Assembly (NCBI GenBank): GCA_013265495.1
Contig: MU058213.1
Location: forward strand, 2,604,001 to 2,668,000
Origin: Vicugna vicugna
Taxonomy: Eukaryota
DNA length: 64,000 bases
Direction: 5' to 3'
The stretch's first letter is position 1, and every line of letters starts with the position of its first letter. Positions 26,196 to 39,240 of the stretch are shown here, one piece after another. The position numbers were made by a program, and so were the translations under genes. The notes beneath the pieces were generated by a model that did not search any database, was not told where the DNA came from, and saw nothing but the letters and a program-made list of their open reading frames with translations.

Positions 26196-28539
26196 GTAAG
26201 TATTTAAACGAACGTCTGTAATACCTTCAGTATCCCATCTAATTGTTTTCTGCTTAAGTGCACGGTTTTGATCCAGACGAAATTGTAATTAAATTCATTT
26301 TGGAAAAAAGAGTTTATACAATGTCTTAGCAGTGATCATTCCAGTGCCATTTCCTTAAACAAATCCATTTTAAATTGCCACAACAGTAGTCAAACTTCAC
26401 ACTTACTTGACATTTCAAAACTTCATCTCTTGAAAAAAAATGTATTAAAGTTCGCCTTTAGGGTTATCTGGTCTAGACATATAATTTTTTCATTTATTTT
26501 TACTATAAACCCCCAGGAAAATGGACTTAGGATTGAATATTCCTGCTGTGTTTCTTTCTGCAATTTTCCAGTTAAAGAAGATAAATCCATCACAGCTATC
26601 TGGAATTGTTTTCACCTTTCCCTTTTGCTTTTATCCGTTACCTTCCCGCTTGGAGGTTAATATAGGAGACATCTTTTAGTGAATTTGAAAAACATGATTG
26701 TATCATACACAGTGAAATAGGAAAAGAACAGAAAATGCAATTGCCAGCAAAGTTAGACAATGGTCAAGTGGATACACTGTCCAGCAATCATAGTTCACCA
26801 ATCCTGAGCCAAGCGAGGCAAGAAATAACCACAACAAGTGCCTGCTATGGGATTACTTTTTTCTGTGACTGAGGAAGACAGGGTAATATACATGATGAGT
26901 AAACAGAAACTAAACTGAAATACAAAGTGACGCTATCATGCACACTCAGTTTCTATTTATCCAGTAAAATCATACAGAAAATATTTTCTTGTAAAGTGTT
27001 CCAAGAAGCAGATACATGTTTTTGTTGATTTACTGCCAGACAGTGACTTTAACAAGAAAATATAAATTACTATGAGTTTTGCCTCATGCCATGAGCATGT
27101 GGTATAATCATTATAGCCTACACCTGTGGGTAACCAAATCACATACAGAAACACACACACACCTTCTGCTACAATACATAAGGCCTTTCTATAATACCAT
27201 TAGCTATCACTTAACTGGCCAAAAGTGGAACAATGTTCATGCAGTCTGAAAGTTGGGTTGCTTTACAAGTTTTCCTAGGTGAGAGGATTGAGAATATAAC
27301 AGAAGAGCTATAAGCTTCAGCAGAAAAGGAAAGACCACTCAGTTTGGCTACTACACAAGCAGGAACCCTTTCATCCTTATTTTTTAAAAAGATAAAAAAG
27401 AGGGGGAAGGCATACTTGCACATAAGCATTTTATCCTGAAAGATGCGCCCTGCGTGGCTCATACGTGGCAGGCCACCCTCCTGCTGTGCTCAACTCCACT
27501 TGTGGCCGTGCTGTCTCAGCCCACAGTAGCACTCCGTTGTTTCACTGTTGGTTGGTTGGGGTTTTTTGCATTTTTCAGTATCCCTCAAGCCAGCCACCAT
27601 CCCACTGAGCTCCCTGTGAGCTGTCCATGCCATCTCCCAAAGAGGCACGTACTGTTTTTGATAGTTCTTCGGTAACAAAACAGCATGGACACTTTGCTGC
27701 CCACCACTATTTTCCCCATAAACCCCCCTCTTTCTATGGCACAGTTTTATAGAAGACAAGGTTCAAGAGTACATGTCATGTTAGAGCAGAAATGCTATGC
27801 ATGACATTATATTTTTTGATGTAAGCTCTTCCCTAGGGGAGTTTACCGTCATTTCAGTGCTCTTAAGCACTGAGATCTCCGAGTATGGGTTTCCCAGTGA
27901 ACATGCACGCTCCACTGGAAAACTGGAGAATATTACCGCAGAATAGCTGGTTTCCCTTATTGTGAACATATTCCAGGATACTCCTGAGTATTCCAGTGGT
28001 GTTTCTGATGTTTATTCTGATGTTTTTGTAGCTCTCCTCAGGACCTTTGGGTTCCAGGGAAAACCTCAGGCTGAGGGAGGAGTTAAGTGGGCAGGTCTCT
28101 GATAGACTGGACAGCATTTCAGGAGGACCAGCTCCACCTTCTTCAGCTCTGTATCTTGAAATTGTGCATAGATTTTGTATTGGGGGGTAGAGATTGGAGT
28201 GAAGGAGTTGCCTCTGCTACGAATAAATAAATACAAGCCAAAGGTCACTGATATAATCCCTATGCTACGTTAAACTGGCGACAATAGCAGTGAGCCGTTC
28301 TGTAACTGAGACTAGAACTTCCAGAAGTGGGGTGCCTGTGAGGACAGTTATATTGCCAGTAGTACTAGATACCTTTGACCCAATTTATAAAATCAACCAG
28401 TTATGGGCACGTGGCATAAAAGTCACAGAAATGACAAGGAAAATGGAGCACACTGTCTATTGACCACATTTCTACTTTGCTGCTACTGAAGATCTCATGA
28501 CTGAGTCTTCTCTCTCCTTTTCTATGTGTGTGTCTCTAG

Positions 28540-28596
28540 GGACCCCAGATGATTTTCATCGCAGCTAAAGATCTTGGACAATTATCAAAACTGAAG
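28540..28596 (+). CDS. UNC13C: UNC13C exon E: GPQMIFIAAKDLGQLSKLK
   Basis: Acceptor tgtctctag|gga, donor aag|gtaata; 57 nt, phase 0-0. Confidence 0.94.
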
Positions 28597-29199
28597 GTAA
28601 TAAGAATAAAGAAATCAGCAGTTGTCTGTGAACAGTAATGAGCTAACTATAGCTCAGCAAGAAACCATTCTCCTATGAGTAATGGTTTCTAATATGGCGG
28701 GACTCAGAAGATGTGCGTCTGTGATCTCACAGTCTGCTTTAAGGATGAGTCAAATCAAAATTTAGGGGCTGAATATTACTGCTTTCTTTTCCCCCCATAT
28801 TTCTCCTATTTTCCAATTGGTAGGGCAATTGGGAATTTTTGAGTTTCTGTTGTAGCATTCAGCATTACTGCTTTTGGAGTAAATTAGAGAACATATTTTC
28901 TTTTATATACTAAATTGACTTTATATGAATAAAGGCAAAACAGAATGCTTCACAGAAATCCAGTAACAATCTAGAGAAGTCTTAAAGGCACAAAACCTAA
29001 CGTGGGAAAACAGAATTCATCAAAGCAGACATTGAGCTTGTGAAGATAATCAACCCCATTGTAACAAGGATTTGCTGACTTAGTAACCCTCTGCATTATT
29101 ATTGCTTGAGGTCCACAAGACTTTGCAGTTGTGCAGGGAACCTCATTTCCTTTCCCTCTAGAATAGGAACTTGACTGGTTAAAAAACATACTGGAGTTC

Positions 29200-29345
29200 T
29201 GTGACTGGCTTTCCTCACTCACTGTCATGTCCTCCAGGTCCATCCATGTTGTAGCATATGACAGGATTTCCTTCTTTTTAAAGGCTGAATAATATTCTGT
29301 TGTAGGTATATACATTTTTTTTCCATTCATTTGTCAATAGACCAC
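29200..29345 (-). mobile_element. L1 ORF2-end fragment, antisense
   Basis: Minus-strand translation TEYYSAFKKKEILSYATTWMDLEDM is the L1 ORF2 C-terminus. Confidence 0.8.
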
Positions 29346-29414
29346 ACATATAGGCCAACAAGATGCCCATAGTTGAAATAAATGTTGTTCTTGTTCCATT
29401 TCCACCTATTAGAA

Positions 29415-29620
29415 TACAGTGTAGCCTGGAGATGAGATCCAGATACAGCCCCCCTTGGTTCAAATTCTACCTCAACTGCTTCCAACTATGTGACTTGTCA
29501 AAATCTTTAACCTTTCTAATGTTTGAATTCGGCATTTCTAAAATTCAGATACTGTTAGCACTTGGTTCATAAGATTATTGTGAGGACAAGTGAGGTATAA
29601 TACATGCATTATCTTTGCAT
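29415..29620 (+). mobile_element. MIR SINE
   Basis: ggttcaaattct, tgtgacttg, ttaacctttct, attattgtgagga..aagtgag. Confidence 0.65.
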
Positions 29621-30194
29621 GGTGACAGAAAAGAGTCTGCCACCCCCGACTTACAGAGGGGGCTATCTTGCCTCCTCCCCCAGCTCAGAGTTAGGTATCA
29701 CTGGAATTGACGTGTGTGTGTACAACACAGGGGAAGGATAATCCATCTAACTGCATAATTACTTACTAAGGGAAAACAAGTGCCCTGCAATTTCAGTACC
29801 TTATTATATCACCTACACTATCCCCTTTATCAGAAAAAAATTAAAACTCAGTAGTCCATTTAGAAGATATAACCATCACATAAAATTGTTTCTTAACACA
29901 TGTTCAATGATACTGATTGTTCAGAGGGAAAGGAGAAGGTAGATATTACTGTTAAACTATTGTTTTGGATCTTGGATCTCTATAGCTTTCCTAATCCTTC
30001 TTCTTACCTCCCTGGGATTTCTAGTCCCTACTTTGAGAAATGGATTTATACAGTGTTGAAGTTTTTCATACAAAACCCTGAAGGTGAGATAGCAGTGTCT
30101 TATTACAAAAGAAATAGCCTTGGCCATGTGTCTGGCATCTTTGTGACATCAGGAAACGTACTCCATCTCCCCTAGCTTTAGTTTCCCGAGTCGA

Positions 30195-30720
30195 ATGTTA
30201 TATCAGATATAACTGTTTCAGTTTCAAGTGATGGAAAGCCAGACTAACAAAAGCAAGGAAGGAATTTATTGCTTCATGAAATTTTATAGTCCCAGGATAA
30301 CGCTGGTTTCCATCACTGCTTGATTAAGAACTCAGACAATGTTACAGAACCCAGTTACTCACTCTCTCTCAACTCTGTTCTTTGTTTGACTTACTGTCAA
30401 AACCAACTTCCCTTCCTGTTTGTAAGATGATTCCCTGCTTATATCTAACAGTTTTGAACTTGAAATCCTATCAAAAAGAACACCCACCTTGATGCAAGGA
30501 GTTCTAGCAACAAAGACCACTGTCACATGGCTGGCTCTACTGCAGAGTTATTAGCATTCTCAGGCCAACCTCTGTGGCCTAGGGAAGGACATAAAACATT
30601 TGGCTTAACTCACATACCCATACCTGAATTAGGGGTGCAGTCAACCCTATTCACATTGTGTCACACCCAGCTCACACAATGTGTAGGGGTAGAGACAGGT
30701 TTCCCTAGTGGGCATATGCA
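30195..30720 (-). mobile_element. Degraded old MaLR LTR (MLT1-type)
   Basis: tttcagtttcaagtga..gaaagcca, aaggaatttattgcttcatg opening is typical of old MLT1 LTRs; boundaries approximate. Confidence 0.45.
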
Positions 30721-32569
30721 TGCTATGTGGGAAAAATCAGAGTCCACAGAAAACTTCAGGTCCTTTTGCAGTCTCAAAATTTCTTCAACTGATGAATTCT
30801 CTTTTGATTATGGTAAACTAAATGCAAATTATGAATAAAATGTCCCAAAAGAGTTATCAACACTGAAATAATTGGAAGGACTAACAATAGGATCTTGTTA
30901 TCCATAGGTGATGAGAAAAATAACTTAGTTTTGAATCATATTGCTAAATTATTGGTCCATTTAGTTATTATATGAATTATAAAGCAATAGGCCCTCTCCG
31001 TTCTTCTGTAAAAAAATAAAGTCTAGCTGAAATACAGAACTGAAAATTTTATAAAGCTGTTTACCCATATTTTACTAGAATGTCACTTCCAATTTTTTTT
31101 GGTTTTCTCTTCATGTTAAACCATGGGTCTTTACCTTTATCATGTACTAGTTTGAAAGCAGATTTCATTCACAGGAAAACTGCCATTTGAAATAATTGTA
31201 CTGATGGATAAATTCAGAAATTTTGAATAGAAATATTAGCAAAAAAAAAACCTAACTTACTTAAAAGAACACAGGACCAAGGAAAATAGAACTATGAGGG
31301 AAACTGATTGCTTATCTGCATATAACTTAGAATTAACTCATTAAACAAGTATTTATGAGGGGTGGTGCCAAGATCGTGGATTAGAGACTCACAGCTCGCC
31401 TTCTCCCACTAATACAACAAGAATTACATCTATAAACCCACTCAATCACACAGAACACCTACCAAACTCTGGCAGAGTGTTTTTCACTTTGAAATACAGG
31501 AGGATTCTCAGAAAATCCAGTAAGATAAAAAAGAAAAAGAAAATCGATAATGGGACTGGTTCTGCAGGGAGGGAGCAATAAAGGAAGAAAGAGACTCCCA
31601 CTCTGGGACACCCCCTTTCCAGCCAGGAGGTCAGCGGGGACAGAAGCAGAGCTTCCAAGGCTCAGAGGAGAAAGTGGCAGCCACCTTGAAGACAGAACTA
31701 AGAGAAACTGGCCCAGAGGGTCCCTGCGATCTTCAGCCCTAGACACAAGCCAGCAGGAAGAAGCTGCGACTGACTGCTGGATACCAGCGAGGAGGCAGGC
31801 AGAGGGCAGTAGCCCACTGCACAGAGTCAGGCTCAGGGGACTGGAGTGTGGTGTGTGCTCTGGTTGGGGGTGTGTGTGGAACAGAACATCCTGGGACCAC
31901 CATAAAAAGCACCATTGTCGGGGTGGGGAGGAATGCATGCAACACAGCCACTGCCATAGATGCTGTCTCTGTGGGCTCCATTGTTGGTGTGTTCTCCAAG
32001 AAGAGAGGTGGGGCCTGGTCACAGCCATCATTGCTGCACAGAGGCAGGGCTGAAAGCTGAATCCATACCAAGCAGCCCTGCAACTTCACAGGCAGGACTG
32101 AAATTTGTTACAGCCCCAGGCAGAGAAGGTGAATTTGCTCTCTCTGGACTCTTCGTGGACCCGCACCTCTGGGATGAACAGGCAGTGAGCAGAATTCTGA
32201 CTCAGTGGGAGCGAGTACAGGTATTTACAACAGGCTTCCCTGGACCATAGGTGGAGGCAGGGCTGGGGTCTGTGCTGACCCTGTGGTACACCAGATTCAG
32301 GTTTGTGACTGCACGCTTGCTATGGTGGGTTCTAGCACCTGACATTGGTGGATCTTCACTGGTGGTTCCTGGGGCTCAGAACCTGGGGACACTAGAGCAG
32401 GTAGCCAACATTCCTGCAGCTAAGTCAGTGTCAACAGAATACTCTGTAAGCCTGCAGGACATCTCCTGGCTATTCTTCCCAACTGAAGCATTCCAACCCT
32501 GCCTATTACATGCCACAGCTCAGAAACAGGACTAGGAGAAATCCATACAGCCAGAGAAATGTAAGTAAA

Positions 32570-33444
32570 ATGAAGAAGAAGAACCACTCCCAATTAAAAG
32601 AACAAGAGAAATCCCCTGAAAGAACAATCCATGAAATAGACTTCAATAGTCTACTAGATCATGACTTCAAAAAAGGGAATGATCAATGCAGTAAAGTAGC
32701 TACAAGAGAACATCAATAGAGACAAAATATTTCAAAAAGGAAATGGAAACTATAAAGAAGAGCCAATTAAAAACAGAAAACTCAATTGCTGAGAGAAGAG
32801 CTGAACTACAGGCAGTCAAAACCAGACTAGATAATGCAGAGGGACGAATAAGCGACTTAGAAGACAGGATAACAGAAGTCACCCAATCAGAACATCAGAT
32901 AGAAAAGCAAATAAAAACCACTGAATGCAATATAAGGGACCTATGGGATAATATAAAGCATGCTAACCTATACACAGTAGGGGTCCCCGAAGAAGGAAAA
33001 GGGGATTGAAAAGGTATTTGGAAGAAACCATGACTGAAAACTTTCCAAACCTAAAGAAGGAAACAGACATCCAAGTAAAGGAGGCACAGAGAGTCCCAAG
33101 TAAGAAGAATCCAAATAGACCTACACCAAGACATATTATAATCAAGATGGCCAAAGTTAAAGAAAGGATTCTAAAGGCAGTGAGAGAAAAACAGAGTTAG
33201 TTACAAGGGAACCTCCATAAGGCTTTCAGCTGATTTCTCTACACGAACACTGCTGGCCAGAAGGGAGTGGCAAGATACATTCCAAGTCTTGAATGAGAAA
33301 AACATGCAACCTAGGATACTCTATCTGGCAAGACTATCCTTTAGAGTAGAAGGAGAGATCAAGAATTTCACAGACAAGCAAAAACTAAAAGAATCAGCAA
33401 TACTAAATGTATACTAAAAAGAAATATTGAAAGGTCTACTCTAA
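32570..33444 (+). pseudogene. L1 ORF1 (RNA-binding chaperone), frameshifted
   Basis: ORF pieces 32510-32719, 32743-33009 and 33006-33200 each carry ORF1p-like coiled-coil/RRM sequence but are broken into separate short frames. Confidence 0.85.
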
Positions 33445-33884
33445 ATAGAAAAGAAACAGGAAGCTATAGAAATGAGCAAACCATAATTGGAAATACAGTA
33501 ACTGCAGTTAATTGTAAGAGAATAAGCATGAAGATGTAAAAATTTATTTAAAGAATATCAAAATCATAAAAGGTGGGAGAGGGGAGCAAAAAAATACAGA
33601 TTTTTTTCCTCTCTTTTTTTTTCTTCTTTTTCTTCTTCCTTTGTTCTTTTCAGGATGCGTTTGAGCCTACATGACTATCAGTCTAAACCAAATAGTTATA
33701 GTAAGTGGTTAACATATCTGAAAAGCAGGGTAGCCACAAATCAAAAGCATACAATAGAGTCACAAAAACCAAAAAGAAACCTAGCTAATACAAAAAAAAA
33801 ATTGTCAAACCACAAAAAGAAAAACAAAAAGGAAAATAAAGTAACAAAAAGAAATACCACATCAACTGGAAAACAAAGTTCAAA

Positions 33885-36800
33885 ATGGCAATAAACACAC
33901 ATCTATCAATAAATGCTATAAACATCAATGGGCTAAATGCTCCAATCAAAAGACATAGAGTAGCAGATAATAAAACAAAAGCCTGCAATATGCTGCCTAC
34001 AGGTGACCCACTTTAGAGTGAAGGACATACACAGGCTGAAAGTGAGAGGATGGAAAAAGATATTCCATGTAAATGGAAATGACAAGCAAACAGGAGTATT
34101 AATACTCATACCAGACAAAATAGACTTTAGAACAAAGGCCATAATGAGATAAAGAAGGACACTATATAATGATCAAAGGAGTAATACAAGATGAAGATAC
34201 TACACTCATTAACATATATGCACCCAATACAGGAGCACCAAATATATAAAACAAATACTAACAGACATAAAGGGAGAAATTGATGAGAATACAATCACAG
34301 TAGGAGATTATAACACTCCACCAACATCATTGGGCAGGTCTTCCAGAGAGAGAATCAATAAGGCAATGGAGATACTAAATGACACAACAGAACAGTTGGA
34401 CTTGCTTGATAATTTAGGACACTATAAATGCTAAAAAAAAATAGAATATACCTTATTTTCAAGTGCTCAAGGAACATTCTCTAGGAGACCACATACTCAG
34501 GCACAAAAGAAGCCTAAACAAATTTAACTAAGAGGACAGAAATTATTCCAGGCATCTTCTCTGACCATAATGGCATGAAACTAGAAATCAACCATAGAAA
34601 AACAAATGAGAAAAAAAGGACAGCATGGAGACTAAACAACATGCTACTAAAAAACCAATGAGTCAGCAATGAAATGAAAGAAAAAGTTGAACAATGAAAA
34701 CACACACACACAAAATCTATGGGATGCAGCAAAGCAGTCCTAAGATGGAAGTTCACAGCAATACAGGCCTTCCTCAAAAAAGAACAGGCTCAAATAAACA
34801 ACCTAACCTACCACCTAAAAGAATTAGAAAAAGAAGAACAAACATACCTTAAGTCATCAGAAGGAAAGAAATAATAAAGATCAGGGAGGAAATAAATAAA
34901 ATAGAGATTTAAAAGATAATAGAAAAAAATCAATCAAATCAAGCTGGTTTTTTGAAAGAGTGAACAAAATTGATAAACTTCAAGCCAGGCTCATCAAGAA
35001 GAGAGAGCACACAGGTAAAGTAAGAGATGAAAATGGAGAGATTACAACAAACACCACAGAAATACAAAAAAAGTGTAAGAGAATACTATCAGCAACTATA
35101 TGGCATTTGACAATTTAGAAGAAATGGACCAGTTTCTAGAAACATACAGTCCACCAAAACTGAATCAAGAAGAAATAGAAGAAATAGATCAACAGATCAA
35201 TCACTAGAAGTGAAATAGAATCAGCAATAAAAAGCCTCCCTTCAAATAAAAGTCCAGGACCAGATGGCTTCACTGGGGAATTCTATCAAACATACAAAGA
35301 AGAGCTTATACTGATCCTTCTCAAACTCTTCCAAAAGACTGATGAGGAGGGAATACTCCCAAACTTATTCTATGAAGCCACCATCACTCTAATACCAAAG
35401 GCAGACAAAGACACTACCAAAAAAGAAAGCTATAGGCCAATATTATTGATGAACATAGATGCAAAAATCCTCAACAAAATATTAGCAAATAGAATCCACC
35501 AACATATTAAAAAAAGATCATACACCGTGATCATGTTCCCTTCATCCCAGGGCCAAAAGGATGGTTCAACGTATGAAAATCAATCAATTTTGACACACCA
35601 CATCAACAAGAGAAAGGATAAAAATCACATGATCATCTCAATAGATGCAGAAAAAAGCATTAGATAAAATTCAACCCCCATTCATGGAAAAAAAAAAAAC
35701 TCTTAACAAACTGGGTATAGAAGGAACATATCTCAACATAATAAAAGCCATTTATGACAAACCTACAGCCAGCATAATACTCAGTGGTGAAAAACTCAAA
35801 AGCTTCCCACTAAAACCTGGAACAAGACAAGGCTGCCCACTATCACCACTCCTATTCAACATAGTCTTGGAAGTCCTAGCCACAGCAATCAGGCAAGAGA
35901 GAGAAATAAAAGGGATCCAAATTGGAAAAGAAGAGGTAAAAGTGTCACTATATGCAGATATGATATGATACTATATATAGAAAATCCTAAAAGGTCCACA
36001 CAAAAACTACTAGAAATAGTCAAGGAATTCAGAAAGATAGCAGGATACAAAATTAACATACAGAAATCAGTGGCATTTCTTTACACTGACAATGAAATAT
36101 CATAAAAGGAAAGTAAAGAACGCTCTTTTAAAATTGCATCAAAAAAATAAAATAAAATACTTTGGAATAAATCTGACCAACGAAGTGAAAGACATATGCG
36201 GAGAACTATAAAACACTGACTAAGGAAATCAATGGTGACTTAAAGAAATGGATGATCTTGGATTGCAAGAATTAGTATTGTTAAAATGGCCATATTACCC
36301 AAAGGAATCTACAGATTTAATGTGATCCCTGTCAAATTGCCCAGGATATTTTCACAGAATTAGAACAAATAATCCTAAAATGTATATGGAATCACAAAAG
36401 ACCCAGTATTGCCATAGCACTACTAAAGAAAAAGAATGAAGCTGGAGGAATAACCCTCTCAGACTTCAGACAATACTACACAGCTACAGTAATCAAAACA
36501 GTGTGGTACTGGTACAACTACAGACGTATGGATCAATGCAACAGAACAGAGAGCCCAGAAATAAACCCACAAACTTTTGGTCAATTAATCTTTGACAAAT
36601 GAGGCAAGAATATACAATGGGGAAAAGACAATCTCTTTAGCAAATGGTGTTGGGAAAAATGGACAGCTGCATGTAAATGAGTGGAGTTAGAATACTCCCT
36701 CACATCTTACACAAAAATTAACTCAAAATGGCTTAAAGACCTAAACATAAGACAAGACACTATAAACCTCTTAGAAGAAAACAGGCAAAATGTTATCTGA

Positions 36801-37652
36801 CATAAATCTCAGCAATGTTCTCCTAGGGCAGTCTACACAGGCAATAGAAGTAAGAGCAAAAATAAACAGCTGGGACCTAATTAAACTTACAACCTTTTGC
36901 ACAGTAAAGGAAACCATATGCAAAACAAAGAGACAACCTATGGAATGGGAAAAAGTATTTGCAAAAGACGAGACTGACAAGGGCTTCATTTCCAGAATAT
37001 ATAAACAACTGATACAACTTAATAACAAAAAAAAAATCTAATCCAAAAATGGGCAGAAGAACTAAACAAGCAGTTCTCCAGTGAAAACATATAAATGGCC
37101 AATAGGCACATGAAAAAAATGCTTAATATTGCTAATTATCAGAGAAAAGCAAATCAAAACTACAAAGACATATCACCTCCCACCAGTCAGAATGGCCATC
37201 ATTCAAAAGTCCACAAACGACAAATGCTGGAGAGGCTGTGGAGAAAAGGGAACCCCCCTACACTGTTGGTGGCAATGAAGTTTGGTGCAGCCATTGTGGA
37301 AAACGGTATGGAGATTCCTCAAAAGACTAAAAATAGACTTACTATATGATCCAGCAGTCCCACTCCTGGGCATGTATCAGAGGGAACATTAATTCAAAAA
37401 GACACCTGCACCCCAATGTTCATAGCAGCAGTATTTACAACAGCCAAGTATGTCCAGCCTAAATGTCCATCAACAGATGACTGGATAAAGAAGAGGTGGT
37501 ATATTTATGCAATGGAATACTACTTAGCCATAAAAATTCATAAAATAATGCCATTTGCAACAACATGGATAGACCTGGAGATTGTCACTGTAAGTGAAGT
37601 AATAAGCCAGAAAGAAAAATACCATATGATATCACTTATATGTGGAACCTAA
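33885..37652 (+). pseudogene. L1 ORF2 (endonuclease/reverse transcriptase), many stops and frameshifts
   Basis: Begins atggcaataaacacac and then INGLNAPIKR (EN start). RT motifs in 35446-35968. C-terminal KEKYHMISLICG ends at 37652. Confidence 0.88.
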
Positions 37653-39119
37653 AAAACAAAAAGTTATTTACAAAACAGAAACTGGCTGACATACACAGAC
37701 AACAAATTTATGGTTATCAGGGAGGAAAGAGGGTGGAAAGGACTCAATTGGGAATTCGAGATTTGCAGATACTACTGTTTATAAAATAAACAAACAAGTT
37801 CATGCTGTATAGCACAGAGAACTACATTCAACATCTTGTAGTAACTCATGGTGAAAAAGAATATGAAAATGAATATATGTAGTTCGTGTATGACAGAAGC
37901 ATTGTGCTGTACACCAAAAATTGAACATTGTAAACTGACTATACTTCAATAAAAATGCATATATACAAAAAAATAAAAAGGCAAAAAAATTCTTTAAAAA
38001 ACAAGTATTTATTCAGCAATTTGATATATTCTATATTACTTCATCATCTGGAACTTCATAATATATATTAAGTATTCCCAACTTATAATTATTTCTTTGG
38101 AACAGATTTTGTTCTTTTATGATAGCAGATTTATCATAATTTTCTAAAAAATGAATACATCTTTATGGATAGATGATACAATATCAAAACCAATTAATTA
38201 AAATACATCTGAGACTGAGTTTACTGCAAGCTAGCAGTAACGCACTGACAGCCTCTTTCAGAGACTCCCTTATTTGAACGAGCTATTGTTAAATCCCAGA
38301 AAATCATTTCTTCCAAGAATTGTATTTTTCTATAGCACCAACATACATTATTTATTAGCATCTATTAAAAAATAATGTAACCACATCACAAAGCTGGTCA
38401 AGATTGATGAAGTCAGAGAGATTTAGTTAATATGAAATATTTGTATTTACTTGCTCTAAAGTATTCCTCTCCATAACTTGGCAAAAATCTTCCATTACTC
38501 TTTGAGTCTCAGTGGGTATTTAATATTTCTACTTAAAAATTTTAAATGGACTCATGTTTATGTTGCAATCCCTCTATCAGAGAAAGATGCAGTCTGATGC
38601 AGAAGTGTGTATCATAAATCCATGAAGCATCACACCATGTTTTAACAATATTCAAAAGCGTATGATTCCATTCAAGCATACTGAGTCCTGCAAGATACGC
38701 TGAAGAAGTACAATTCAATTACTGAAAACATACTGAGTGCCTAGCAGGTGAGAATTGCCAAGATAGGCACGGAAAGTCTGCAGAAGTGAAGAAGACATAG
38801 GTAGAGATTATCTTTAGAAAGTCACGGCATCTATTAAATGATGAAATAAGAAAAGGGCTAGAAGGATCAGCCCCTGGAGGTAACTGCGCAACTCGTACAC
38901 CGCACATAAGTGTCCGGCTAGAGAGCGAGTGATGGCTGAAATAGGGCCCAAGCTCCACTTGCTAAACCGTATGTGTGAATGTGGCACTGTGCCCCATAGA
39001 AACAGAGACAACGTTTACAACTGACCAAAGGCAATGATATATTCATGAAACCATGCATTCTCAGAGCTATGTCCACCTGCACTGGCTTTACTTCTAATTC
39101 ATACAGAGGCACTTATATA

Positions 39120-39240
39120 AATTAGAATTTAAACTCCAGGAGGACAGAAGTCTTTCTCTTATTAAACAATATATTTCAATCACCTGGAACAGGATTGGCA
39201 CATAATAAACACTCCATAAATACTTGTTAAATCATGTTAA
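39120..39240 (+). mobile_element. LINE-2 3' end
   Basis: tagaatttaaactccaggaggacaga, cacctggaacag..tggcacataataaacactccataaatacttgttaaat. Confidence 0.65.

Larger units (their letters stand above)
31357..37998 (+). mobile_element. Full-length (about 6.6 kb) inactive LINE-1 with 5'UTR, ORF1, spacer, ORF2, 3'UTR and A-rich tail
   Basis: 14-bp TSD aaacaagtatttat at 31343-31356 and 37999-38012. GC-richer 5'UTR. Fragments translate to L1 ORF1p (LEDRITEV, ENFPNL, RPTPRHIIIKM) and ORF2p ([40 protein letters not shown]). AATAAA at 37948-37953. Confidence 0.95.

Noticed and set aside
31446..32535. Cluster of long overlapping ORFs (up to 190 aa) on both strands
   Set aside because: They lie in the GC-richer L1 5'UTR where stops are rare. 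There is no recognisable domain and no basis to call an ORF0 equivalent.
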